Shown here: in pieces, positions 46,471 to 60,174 of the stretch
Numbering within the stretch: position 1 is the first letter of the stretch
How the letters are laid out: each line of letters begins with the position of its first letter
Origin: Eledone cirrhosa
Taxonomy: Eukaryota
DNA: 64,000 nucleotides
Direction: 5' to 3'
NCBI GenBank assembly: GCA_964016885.1
Contig: OZ024740.1
Coordinates: 100,998,001 to 101,062,000, forward strand
Notes under the pieces: generated by a model
Seen by the model: only the letters and a program-made list of their open reading frames with translations
What the model was told of the DNA's origin: nothing
Databases searched by the model: none
Position numbers and translations under genes: made by a program

Positions 46471-49321
46471 TAGCTACATGGATGTCAGAAGATTAACTAG
46501 AATAAATCATGAGATAGCAATAAAGATGCATAATGAGAAAGGAAACTGAGAGAGGAGAAATGGTAAAAATGGTAGATGTCAATGAATAGAATAGGATAAT
46601 GAGAGGAGAGGAATACTGAATATGGACACAACCAATGAAATCTTAGGTTATAAAAAAACTTGGTGGAAAATTAGTAGAGTGATAACTGGTGATGGTGGAA
46701 GGATTTTATACAGGGAGATCTATTGTATTCTCTTGTTACACAAATGACTTAGAACAGTAAATAGGATAAAGGACAAGTGGTAGATAAAAAGGGTAATACT
46801 GATGACTGTAGATGGAAACTTAACAGGAATTTAACTAGCCAATGTTGATATATTATGCATCTCAATTTCCAATCCCACCACCATTACTTAAATAATCATT
46901 TTGCATTTCTTGCACACACACACACACATACTCCCCCCCCCCCCACATATATGTGGGTGATATATGAGTGTGTGGGGGTGGGGAGGTTATGTGTGTATGA
47001 CACAGAAAAAGAATTGAATGTATTTATATCATTAATCATAATACAAAATATTAGAATAATGATATTCATTCTAAAAAGAAATTTTCCTAAAGATCTTAGA
47101 CTATCATCATCATTATTATTATTACTAATATTAATGCAAAATAGTATATATTCTGTTCAGCACACAAAGTATTCCACTTTCTTTTGGCTTCTTCATAATA
47201 ATGTGACTATAAGACAAGACAAAAATGGTAAAAGATATAAATAAATAAATAAAATTAAGAATGAAGATGTAGATAATTCTTGAGATAGTAGAAAGCTATC
47301 AGTTATTCTTTTTCGCACAATACAAATGGATTAGTGAAAGCTACTTATTTCTTAGGACATGAAGAGGACATAAAACCACACATCAGGCAGCAGCTATATT
47401 ACTTGTCATTGAAATATGTTCATTTAAATAGACTGCTTTTAAATCGAAAAATGTATGAATGTATGTTATGTATAATGTGGTATCTAACAACAAAATATTT
47501 CATCTAAGATAACCATTGTAGAAAGTCAGAAATTAACAGTTCATACAAAAATTAACTTGATTTTCTTGGCTTCCGTATACCTTAGATTATGGATCATCTT
47601 GTGTTATTTTCACTCAGTTCACTTCTTTCTTACATCTCAATTCTTTCCCTCATCACCCATATTGTGCCTTACCTTCCTCACACAGGCCCTGTACTAATCA
47701 CTTCACCTAGACATTCATACATAGAATGTTAGCCCTTTGGAATTCTTTCTCTATTCATCTCTTTTTTTACAGGTGTCTAATTATGTCAGTTTAACTTTTA
47801 ACACCTGCTGATTTAGCAGAAAATATCTAAATATGGCTTTATTAATTCAAATGTTTATAGTCTCTAGTGGACAGATCATTGTAAAGGTTTGCCGTAAACT
47901 AATGTAAAGATTTTATTAGACAGCCTTGATCCCTTTAATCACTGGGAACCTTTTCGTCTAGACCTACCATCATCATCATTATCATTTAATAGCTGTTTTC
48001 TGTGCCAGCATTAGTTGGGCCTGCTCAGAGATATAAAAATATATTTTGTTTTTATTTTAGAAAATGTCATCTTAATGTAAAGAACCCAATAAGAGAGCTG
48101 CTTGGTAGTTGTGAGTCCTGCTAAAAAACCAACGGCTAAATATCCCTTAGAAATCGCCTTACTATATTGAAAATAGAAAGAACATGTTAAAAAAAAGATG
48201 CAATTGCTAAGATTGGAACATCTTTGACCACAGGTCAATCGAGTAACCTCAAGCTAAATGATAGCAGATGAATTGCCCAATAAAGAAATCTTTACATTTT
48301 CATGACTTATGAGATATAGCAATCAAGAATCCCTGAACCACTATGTACTGTCATTAGAAAGGAAACTGACATTGGATAATGCAGTCCTAGATATCCCATA
48401 TCTGAAAATCAAATAGGATAGTCACAGCTGAAATGCTTAGCATGATAAAAGCTGAGGCTAAAAACAGAACAATGTAAAGTTGAATTTTCTTGGGAAAATG
48501 ACTCTAAGGGAAATGCCATGACAACAATTTATATTACAATTTCACAATATTTATTCCTTTGAGCAAGATAATGATGTGTAAACAAAATATAAACCTTCTC
48601 AACAAAACAGCCTATTCTCTCTCAACAAAATCTTTTATTCTATTATTAATATGAGAACTACATATTTTAACCTGTTTGATACTAAACCACTTGAACATAC
48701 ACTTGCTTCTACAATATAAAGCTGTACATTTTAAAGTATCTATCAAAAGTGTTTATCTAAAAACTTCCATCTCCAGCTTTATAATGCAAAAATTAGTTAT
48801 ATTACAAAATCCTTCCAAATTCTGGATTGTTTTCAAAATTATTTGCAAATCCTCAAAGCAGAGAGGGCTCTTCAGTTTAGACTATAACCAATAACATCTC
48901 CAGTGATGGTGCCACAAAAATGCACCTGTTACACTCTGTAAGAGTGGTTGGCAACAAGGACTGCAGAAAACATGCATAAAATGTTGAGAGGACCCTTCAG
49001 TTATATCAATGAAAAGACAACCTCTTTTGTATTGGGGATATACATGATAAACACCCTCAGCACACACTGTAAAGTGGTTGGTGATAGGAAGGGCATCCAG
49101 CCATAGAAAGTGTGCCAAACAAAGGGTTTGAAGGACCCTTCAGTTTGTACCAAAAGACATGACAACTTTCCTATGCACTTGATAGAATGTATGACTGTAC
49201 ATAAGTGAAATGCAGACCCACTGACCTATCTGGGTGGCAGTTGTCCCATTTCAATACTGACATGGTCTATGTAGCCCTGTCCAACTCTTGCTCACAGGGA
49301 AAGCAGACTCTGAACGATGAT

Positions 49322-49376
<55 letters not shown>

Positions 49377-49587
49377 GGAATTTAGATCAGTATGCAATGA
49401 TTTTGACCTTGTGTCTCACAACTGCTCAATGAGAACAGGCACAAAAAACTTTATCAGAGCAAACTCTTAAATGATAAATATTGTAGTATTGTAGAGCAAC
49501 TGTTCCCAAATATCCTACAACCAGTTAGAAAAACAAATAAAACCAGTAGTTCAACAGCATAACATAGAAAACTGTTAAAGTACTCAC

Positions 49588-49642
<55 letters not shown>

Positions 49643-50194
49643 ATTTTAAATTAGATTTCAGACAATATAGCATGACATTTCCAAGATATGATTCTGAATT
49701 TGTTCTTACCAACTTTTAAGGTCAAATTTAATTGAACAACACACATTTTATGTTTCAGTAAAGAGAAAAAAAGTGTAGCATATCAAACTTTGACAGTTAA
49801 ATGTCTTGGAGAGATTGACAGAGTGGCATAACAGTGATATAAGTTGCTCACCTTTAAGATGTCTCTCAAACTGTCAACATAGCCATCTACCTGACATAAT
49901 AGAGTTTAACTTCCAGAGATTAGAACTATAGTCAACTGACCTACTACAGAGTCAAATGTCAATTGTATAAAATGTATGTCCACCATCTGTAGAGAGAATT
50001 TAGTTCATCAATAATTAAACTAAGAATGCATAGTTTTTTATGTTCCATGTAATATTAATTATCATGTTAAAATGCAAATTGAATGTGTGTGACAGATAAA
50101 CAATATATTCATGAGTATATGCACATGTAATGTATATTTATAGACATGTGAATGCATCATTGCAAGTCTGCTGTGTGAATACTTACATCTCTGA

Positions 50195-50253
<59 letters not shown>

Positions 50254-50379
50254 ATAGTGAGAGAGTGGGGAGACACACACATACACACAATCGTACTTCC
50301 ACACCCAGACATATATATTATACAATATCAGTAGTATATTTCTATCCAGTTGTCCCTGCACTGGGAAGAGTTTAGACAT

Positions 50380-50565
50380 TCAAATCCTTATAAAAACATC
50401 ATGTTTTTTATTCATTCTGATGACTGAAAACAGATACAATATCTGCTTTCAAGAAACCACTGGTAAATGAAATAATTATCTTATGTTGTTTATTACATAA
50501 TTAATAAGCTCTGTAGCCTACATAGAGCACTCTTTTTTCCGGTACCTTTCCGACGGAATTACTTC

Positions 50566-50568
<3 letters not shown>
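50380..50568 (+). mobile_element. Solo Naiad-family PLE tail (sister subfamily) ending in (TA)n
   Basis: Similar to 7874-8030, including the terminal AGCTCTGT..CCTACATAGAGCACTC...TTCCGACGGAATTACTTCATT. Confidence 0.85.
50411..50471 (+). ncRNA. Type-I hammerhead ribozyme (GUA triplet; predicted cleavage after 50465)
   Basis: UUCAUU-CUGAUGA-CUGAAAACAGAUA(CAA)UAUCUGCUUUCAA-GAAA-CCACUGG-UA-AAUGAA; perfect 6-bp stem I; the first stem II pair is a C-A mismatch. Confidence 0.75.
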
Positions 50569-50613
<45 letters not shown>

Positions 50614-50676
50614 ATGTATGTGTTTATATATATATATATGTATATTATGTATATATATGTATATATATATATATAT

Positions 50677-50928
50677 ATCATCATCATCATTTTACGTCCG
50701 TTTTCCCTGCTTGCAAGGGTTGGACAGGTCGAATTCAGCATCACTCCATTCGTCACGGTCCTTCATCATCTCTTTCATGCGCATCACATGTCCATACCAA
50801 TGCAGTCCTCTCTCCCACACACTACAATTAATCCCTCTTATACACAGTTTCTCTCTTAACTCATCTATACTTGGTCATTCACACACATTGACACTGCACA
50901 TCCAATGCAGCATGCTTGCTTCATTTCA
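50677..50928 (-). mobile_element. Short RTE 3' fragment
   Basis: Antisense EASML.WMCSV...RG...WYGHVMRM followed by the CAAGCAGGGAAAACGGACGTAAAA(TGA)n tail. Confidence 0.75.
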
Positions 50929-50954
50929 TATATATATATATTCGCTTATTACTG

Positions 50955-53500
50955 TTATATGCTTGTCCAATTATGCCCAAAATTCGAAGATTTTATTTAA
51001 ACCCTCTCGCTAACTACCCCCATAACCCTCCCACCTGCCTCCACTCTCCACCATTATTATTTGGACCAATCATAAGTCAGCGGCCTATGCTATCACTTCT
51101 CCTGGTTGCTTTTCGATATGATGGATGGACTAAGGAATTCTGGAGAGTCTGAAAAATCTGGACACTCAGTGACAATGCCAAAGATAAAGACAAATTCACC
51201 TCATGCTGCCGGACGAGAATGCAAGGACTCCTCCTCTTTGTTTCGGCCGCGGATGGCCAACATAACCCCAACCCCATCCCCCTCATCCCTCCATGCGCCC
51301 CACCATTCCCACACACCAAAACGCAATCCAAAACTTCAGAGTTGGCACCATGAATGTAGGCACCTTAAAAGGTCGCTCTAACGAGGTTGTAGAAATGCTT
51401 GAACGTAAGGAGGTTGATGTTTGCTGTATCCAAGAGACCAGGAGGAGGGGTGGGTCTGCTAGATTCATTGTGGGTAAAAAACGATGCTATGAGCTTTTCT
51501 GGGTGGGAAATGACAATGGGCTGGGTGGGGTAGGAATCATGTTAGCTGAAAAGTGGGTAGATAAGATAATAGATGTAAATAGAGTGAACGACAGAATAAT
51601 TAAAATAAGACTTGTCCTAAATAGAACTACTGTGACAGTAATATCTGCATATGCACCCCAATCCGGACTGCCTGGCGCTATAAAAGACAGATTCTATGAG
51701 ACATTGATGCTTACTACCTCCCAAATAACCGACAATGACTAGATAATTATTGCTGGTGACCTAAATGGTCACATTGGACAACATTGTGACGGCTATGACG
51801 GAATCCATGGTGGCTATGGGTTTGGTACTAGAAATGAGGACAGCTCCAGAATCCTGGAATTCTGTGACGCAAATAACCTAACTATCTGGAATACTAACTT
51901 CAAAAAATGAGATAATCACTTGATCACCTATAGATCAGGGGAACACGCCAGTCAGATAGATTATATCCTTACCAGAAGACGTGATAGAGTGTCTGTTGTA
52001 AACACTAAATTCCTGCCCCATGAAGAATGCACCTCCCAACATAGACTCATAGTCAGCGACCTCATAGTCAGGACAAAACGTACTCAACAACAGAGGAGGA
52101 CTATCCTCAGGAGAAAAATATGGAAGCTAAAGGAGCCCACAGCCAGTAATAAATTTAAAAGCATATTACTTGATGCTTTCGACAGTAAGGAAGAGCAATT
52201 AGAGTCGTACAATATAGAGGAACAGTGGGACTTCCTGAAAGCTAACCTGCTGAAGGCGGCAGATGAAGTCTGTGGCTGGAGCAGGCCTATAGGCAGGAGG
52301 AGAGTAACGTGGTGGTGGAATAGTAAGGTGGAGGAGTCAATTAAGGCCAAAAAGCAGGCTTAGAAAGTATGGCGGGATGGGGGAATAAGAGAAGACTATC
52401 AAGTGGCCAGGAGGGAAGCTAGGAGACAAGTGTACTTCACAAGAAGGGAAGCAGAGGAAAGAAAGTTCAAGCATGTTCTACAACGCGAGGACCAAAAAAC
52501 GTGAGGTGTTCAGGATTGCTAGGCAATGTGTCAAGGAAAACCGTGATATTGTCCGGGAGAAGTGTGTCCTTAATGATGATGGTGTACTTGCCATCACTGA
52601 CGCTGATAAGAAGGTAGCTTGGAAGTGTCACTACGAAAGGCTACTAAATGAGAAGAATAAATGGGAGAAAGACAGTCTCCCCCACATCGATCCAATAGAG
52701 GGACCAGCAGTGCTAGTTGAAGGTAGTATAATAAGTAAGGCAATCAAAGATATGAAGACAGGTAAGGCGGCTGGGCCTTCAGAAATAGTTGCTGAAATGC
52801 TGACAGCATCTGGAACGGTGGGACACACTATGGTCACCCGGATAGTAAACAAAGTTATACAGAATGGGGTCATAGCAAATGACTGGCATAGCAGCATCAT
52901 CATTAACTGCTACAAGGGTAAAGGAGATTCCCTAGATAGGGGTAACTATAAAGTGCAGGGCGATAAAAATAGACGGTAGCCACGGAGTAGGCAGACCCAG
53001 AAAAACCTGGGACGACTTGATAAATTCCAACCTCACACACTTACACCTCTCCAAGACAATGTCACTGGACCAAGATCTTTGGCGCTACACAGTAATACAG
53101 AAGACCCACCTTGCCTAAGTACAAAGTGAAACCTACAGTCAGTAGGCACCTCTAACAAAAATACACCCTATCCCACTACCCCCACCACATCCACACCACC
53201 CCTTTCAATGTAAAGTTATGTTAGTACCGCAACATCCAGTCCGAAACAAATGAGGTCATGTAGGTGTCACGACAAAAAACACACAGTCCATGCTGTAATG
53301 TGGCCGTGTAGGTAACACGGTAAAAACCTCCTAGTCCACACTGTAAACGTGGTTGGTGTTAAGAAGGGCATCCAGCCGTAGAAAACCCGCCAGACAGTTC
53401 TATACGAGCAGGACAACCAATCTTGCCTCAAGTGGAAAAACTCCCGTCCAAACCCATGCAAGCGTGGAATATGGACGTTAAACGATGATGATGATGATAA
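50955..53500 (+). mobile_element. RTE-clade LINE with 5' region and APE, internally deleted in RT, (GAT)n tail
   Basis: VGTMNVGTL...CIQET...GVG...AYAPQ...GDLNGH...QIDY...QHR; GKAAGPS...YKGKGD...NY joined directly to the C-terminal KCRA...GRPRKTW. Confidence 0.9.
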
Positions 53501-56444
53501 TGATATACATAGTAGTAATAGTTAGGTAAATATATCCAGAGTAACACAAGTCCATAGGGTGAGTTTTAATATAATTATTAAAGCCAGTTACTATAACGGC
53601 ACCATAATAGATGTATATGTTTTTTGGTCTGGAGGACCAACTTGTTTGACGTGTTTCAATGAAAATGAACCTTTGGATTTGACACCAGCATCGATCTGAT
53701 CATCAGATGTGATGATTCAACAAAAAACGTAAACTGTCTTTTTGTGGAATCCCCACGTCTGATAAGCAGATCGATGCTGGAGTAAGGTCCAGAGATTCCA
53801 TAGGTGACCTTGAGCCAATAATCTATGAAACGTTCATAATGGTTCAATAATCAATAAAAACATATAAACAAAACTTCGTCAATTCGTCTTATTATATATA
53901 TATATGTATTTATATAATAAGTTCATATTATCAGGAGTTACTTCCTACATAGCAACTAGCATACTATATATATATATTAGCATCATAATCATCATATGTA
54001 TATTTTATATATATATGGGAGCATGTTACTTATTATGTAGGAAGTTACTCCTGATAAGTATGGATTCATTTAACCTATGCTACTATAAAAAGCAGACAAA
54101 TAAATGATAATGGTGATGATGATGATACATATATACATACGCATATTTGAGCAGATATACCAATACGAATGCATATGCGTGGTTGTATTTGTGTATGTGT
54201 GGCTGAATTATTTTATCTACATACAATTATTCAAACTTACTTTCTTCTTCTTGTCATTTCTTTTCATTTTATTATATTTGCCAAGAAGGACAATGAACAC
54301 AAAATAAAACAAAAGCAATTTTAGTTCCCAAAATATCTCTCAAACCTTCAAGTTTCATATATTAAATAGAGATTGAATCAAGACAGTTTTTCCTTAGCAC
54401 AATTGTCTTTTTTAGATTTATCTCCATTCTTTTTTTTTTAAATTAATGTCTCCAGTTTTGTCTTAGTGCTTTATAGAAAATCTTGTGGCCTTTCTATTTC
54501 AGACATCATTTGTCACTTGCTATCTTAGAAAATATTTTGAAAACAATTCACCAGTGTATATGCATAAATGATTGCTCTAAAAGAAATGGCTTCCTACTTC
54601 TTGATTTGACCACTCATTAGTATAGTCCACAGAATGTCAGCCCTCTCAAATGACCTATAAATATTAACCCTTTTGTTACCATATTTCTAATGAAATATAC
54701 AACATATGATTTTTGAAAAATTTTGAAAATAATCTTATTATTAAGCCAGTGTTTGGAACATGACATAATACAAATTCTTACATAAAATTATGCTGGAAGA
54801 TTTTTTGATAAATATAAAATTTTTAAATTTACAATCATGTATAATAATACCAGGAACAGTTCCAGGCAGATTTTAAAGTCCACAGCCACATCCATTTTTA
54901 GACAAACCCACTAACAAAAAGAAAGAAATGCTGGTTCGTTTATGACTAAAATTCTATAGGGGGTTGGGGTGTTGGAAGGGTTTAGTAAAGGAGTCAAAGA
55001 CTTTACCAATGACCCTTTTCAGGACCCCCCAGACTTCTGGGAAGGAAGACTATACCCTCAAACTGCGTGGAAATGCAAGTATAAAAATGTTGATGGTGAT
55101 GATCTTGGTATTTTAAGAGCATCATGTCCCTGTAACACTCTAACTGTGAATCCTCTTATCTTTCTAGAAGTTTATTTATCACAAATTTATTACATGGAAA
55201 TTTACATCACATCAATCGTTAACAGTCTTTATTCTACTTTACAATTAAGCCTATTACACTAAAATTCTTGATATTCAAGTTTAAACCATTGTCAATATTA
55301 GAAATTTAATTAGATAGCTTTTCAGCATTCCATAAATTTAGGAGAAATAATTCACCACTCTTAAACTTCTTATAATTCTGTCAAGCTAATTTTTTAGAAT
55401 TAATTTGTGTATTTACTTTTTTTAAAGCATTTAAATCCCCTTCATATGAAGATGAAATGATGTCAAATGAAGTATAAAGAGATTATGTTTTGATATTTTT
55501 ATAGAATGAGCATTTCCAGCACAACCTGTTCACATTTTCACAATGTTGAAGAATTAGTAGTATTCTATAACCTACACTGCTTGATAAAAGGAAGTAAATT
55601 GGCAGAGTTGTTAGGAAAATGGTTAGAATGCACTCCATGATCAAATTCTGCCAAAGTCAACTCTGTTTATCTTTCAAGGTCAATAAATAAAGTATTCATT
55701 CAGTACTAGGGTCAATTTGTCTATTTTCTCTCTAAAAGAAGTCAGTAATGCTCAGACCCAGAGAGTGATGAACTCTACCAGGTTTAAAATACCCCTAAAA
55801 CTGCATCAAGAGTTTGGGTCTCATGCATCATTTGATATACATGTATTTTTAAAGAAAAAATATGAAAAGACAATAAAGAAAAATATGGTTGTACAATTTA
55901 TCAATGATTTTATTCTCACATTGTAAAAACCTCAAAATGTTTTACTCTTACTGAACAATAAAAGCTATCAAAGTATGATTATGGGTGTACCATTCTGCAG
56001 CAACAATAATTAATGTAACAAGGCAGGTAAGGTGTTTTGTAGCATTAAGGATCAGATGATATCAGACAATTAAGAATGTTTAATCCTATTGCTTTAGAAA
56101 AACAAATGGAATGCAGTTCATCTCTTTATTTCTATCCCACACTCTCTATCTATTATCTCTCTTTATCTCCCTCCATCTTTCCACCTCCTCCTCTCTGCCT
56201 AGCTGTTTGTTTGTTTATCTATCTGTCTATTTATCTGCCTATTTATCCATATAATCTATCTATCGATCGATTGATTTATTTAACTCTTTCTGTATGAGTA
56301 TCATTATACATTTTGCCTTCCCTGTTCCTCTACCACTTTCTCCCATTACCACACTGTGACTATCATTAAAAATGATGGTCTCTCTCATTATATTTTGCTC
56401 TTTCACTCTCTCTCCATCTCTCTTTCTCTTGCTCTGCCCATCTC

Positions 56445-56477
<33 letters not shown>

Positions 56478-57007
56478 GTATTACTATCATTAGACCTTTT
56501 GCCTAAAATCACTTGCATGACCAAACAGCTCAGAGTAGATGGATGACATGAAGTGGTGTTTTTGTTTTGCCAATCAGTTCTATGCCAACACAAAAGACAG
56601 ATCGCAGGTGTCATAAAATCCTTTACTTGTTGAACAATTCCTAGTTTATATATCCTTTAGCTTAGCATACTATAGTTTGTTGAATTGGATTAGATTTATG
56701 TTCACAATTCTGTTCCACTACTACCTTCCAAACTGTTTAGTTCATTTTTAAAGGTTTACCTCAACTGACAAACATTTGCCAAAATAGCATTGCATTGTGC
56801 ATTCATTTATATGCAGCGTTTGCCAAATGTATTATTGACACAAAGAGTTCCTACTATTACCACTACTACTATTCCCACCAACACCACTACAACCACTGCC
56901 ACCACTATTACTACCATTACCATCTCTACATTGTCCAAACTATGTACACATTTCATATGGTTAACCTTCATAGGAAATAGTTAATCATTTATTTTGGACA
57001 AATAACA

Positions 57008-57292
<285 letters not shown>

Positions 57293-57804
57293 AATAAATA
57301 AATGAATACAAAATCATCAAATAATTAAGGAACAAACATTACTTTTCTCTATGTAAACCAAAAATATATATTGCATCATAATGTATATATATGGTTAACC
57401 TTGATAGAGACTGACTGGATGATGGCAGTGCTGGCTGTGATAATGAAGATGATGACTGAAATTATAATCAAAATTATGAAAAATCATAAATAATTTTTTT
57501 TATTGGTCACAGGAACTGACATCAAAATATTGAATGCATTATACTGAATAGGGTTAGAAAAACATGTTGAGCTGTTTAATATATTTATATATAGTGGTAG
57601 AACACTGGTAGGTTATATCCACAAGAGTAAAGCACTCAGTCTATGGGATAAGTTTGGTAGAAGTAGTTCCATAATTGTTTCCAATTGTCCTTGGTAATGA
57701 TTAATTAACTGTTGTAGAACTACTTATATATATATATATATATATAATTTATGTAGGATATTTACCAATGGACAGAACTGGTGGTCTGAAATATATATAT
57801 ATGT

Positions 57805-57986
57805 ATAGGGAAAGAGTCAGACCCCCGATGGCTGAGCTCCAGCCATTTCAGATCTAGCTGTCGAAATGTCCAGAGCTCAGCCGTCAGGGTGCTGACTCTT
57901 TTCCTATTACCCACTCTACTACCCTAAGTATCAAGTACTCTGGTGCGTTATGGTCCACCTGGTATTTGACCACACCTTCTTTGTTA
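57805..57986. mobile_element. Mini fold-back element (hairpin 57805-57907 plus ~80-nt extension), PLE-tail-like
   Basis: ATAGG.AAAGAGTCAG...GCTGAGCTC...CATTTC pairs with GAAATG...GAGCTCAGC...CTGACTCTTTTCCTAT; (TA)n flanks. Confidence 0.65.
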
Positions 57987-57999
57987 TATATATATGTGT

Positions 58000-58260
58000 G
58001 TCATCATCATCATCATCATCATCATTTTATATCCATTTTCCCTGCTTGCAAGGGTGGGATGGGTCCTATTCAGCACAGCATGTCACAGTCCTTTGTCGTC
58101 TCCTCTGTGAACTTCAGCGATCTGAGGTCTGCTCTCGCCACCTCCGCCGTGTTCCTCTACTGCATCTTCCTTTTACTGGGATTTCTTGGCACTTCTTTAC
58201 CCAGCGGTCATCCTCCATGCGCATCACATGTCCATACCATTGCAGCCTTCCCTCTCTCTC
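58000..58260 (-). mobile_element. Short RTE 3' fragment
   Basis: Antisense RLQWYGHVMRMEDDRWVKKCQ...WR..V..DL...DR..WR-like translation and (TGA)n tail. Confidence 0.75.
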
Positions 58261-58262
58261 TA

Positions 58263-58607
58263 TATCATCATTTCATCATTTCATTTTACGTCCGCTTTTT
58301 CCCTGCTTGCAAGGGTGGGATGGGAACTGATTCTGGCTTGATTTCTACAGTTGGATGCCCTTCCTAACACCAACCTCATTTACAGTGAGTGCTGGGTGCT
58401 TTTTTGCCGTGGCACCTCCACGACCACTTTGCAGTGGAATGATATGGACCCCAGTCCTTATCATCTCATTTCTACAGCTGAGTAAACTGGAGCAATGTGA
58501 AATAAAGTGTCTTGCTCAAGGAAACAACACATCACCCGGTCTGAGAATTGAACTCACAACCTTTTGATTGCAAGGCCAATGCTCTAACCACTAAGCCATG
58601 TGCCTCC
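58263..58607 (-). mobile_element. tRNA-derived SINE family 1, full length
   Basis: Near-identical to 7170-7517. Confidence 0.9.
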
Positions 58608-58979
58608 ATATATATAGTTAAATTCTTAGTTGATGATACAACACTAAGGCATCCAGATATCTAAAACTATATGTATACATATATGTGTGTGTATATATAT
58701 ATATACGAAAATTTAGTTAGAAGATTTTGCTGGAAGCTTGACTAAATAGAATAATCTAATAATAATGAGGTGTCTGAACAGAAAAAGATGGGCAGCAACA
58801 CACATGGAGATTGAACACACACCTCTTGTTTGCCAGACAAATATACTACCATTTATGCCAATGAACCCACCCATTTCTTTCTGTTATTTTTAGGAGCTAT
58901 AATTTAATAGTGATAGATCAATATACATTCTTTGTTTATCTCTCACTATCAACACTATCAAGTTGTAGCTCCTAAAAAG

Positions 58980-59021
<42 letters not shown>

Positions 59022-59047
59022 CTTTTTAGTGTTAACCCTTGTGGCTA

Positions 59048-59379
59048 ATATTTTGTTGAAAGATGTGTGCGAGAGGCAAGAATGGCCCGAGTGAATATAT
59101 ACTCTGAGTATATGCCTGTAAATTGAAGGTGGAAAACTGGGAGAGGGCACTTGCCCTGGTGGTCAGGGTCGCCGTGGCTTTTTTTTTTAATGGGCTTTCT
59201 CCACGATGGCCCTCGGAAAAGTCTACCCCCTATTGGGGAATTTTTCATTGTTCTCTTTTTGTTACATCCTCTGTTTTTTGTTTTTTTTCATGCAGAAATG
59301 CCCATTTATACCGTCCTGTATTGTTCTGTACTGTCCTTATTGTCTACTTTGTGTAAACCCTTGTGGTTAATAAAGAAAG

Positions 59380-59411
<32 letters not shown>

Positions 59412-59432
59412 GAATCATTATTATTATTATTA
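59048..59432 (+). mobile_element. Tx1/L1 family 3' fragment with (TTA)n tail
   Basis: Reverse complement of 28986-29306. Confidence 0.9.
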
Positions 59433-60174
59433 TAGCCATTCCATGCTACACTGCAAATCAGGTCATACTTGAATAGATTCACAACATAAAGACTCATTAA
59501 CTGAGCAGTGCAAGCAGCGCAAGCAGCACAAGCAGTGCATGAGCCTCATAACCAAGTAGTAGTAGTAGTAGTAGTTGTAGTGGTGGTCCTGGTGGTGGTA
59601 GTGATGGTGGTGGCGGTGGTGGTGATGGTTGTATGTTCTGTTGTTATATATTATACTATGATAGCTAACTCTTTTGATAACAAACTACTTGAAACCATTC
59701 TTGTTTCTATGATACAAGACTGTTTTAAAGTGTTTATATTTATCCCAAAACCTTCACAATAATTCTATGTAAGAACTTTTGTTGAGTAATGTTCCAAACG
59801 CTAGCTTAATAATGAGAAATTTAGTTATATAACTAAATCCTTGATTATTTTGAAAATATTTGAAAATTCTAGACAATATAATTCCTTAGAAATGTGGTTA
59901 ATACACATTTATAGGTGAAGTTGCTCATGACTGATATGAAAATAAACCACCAGTTGCTAGGCTATGGAAGAGAGAATTTAATGTTTCAACTAAGCATTGT
60001 ACTTGATAAATATGCTTGTATATAAAATGTTACATATATTTATGTATGGCTATATAACTCTACACCCATAATTATATAGGGTATGGTTCTTTGTGTGCTG
60101 ATTAAAGTAAATATACAAATGATAATAACAGTACTTGATAATGATGATGATGATGATGATAAAATTAACAATAA

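Noticed and set aside
59505-59762. ORF MQAAQAAQAVH followed by poly-Val
   Set aside because: A 9-bp minisatellite followed by (GTA)n/(GTG)n repeats; low complexity only.
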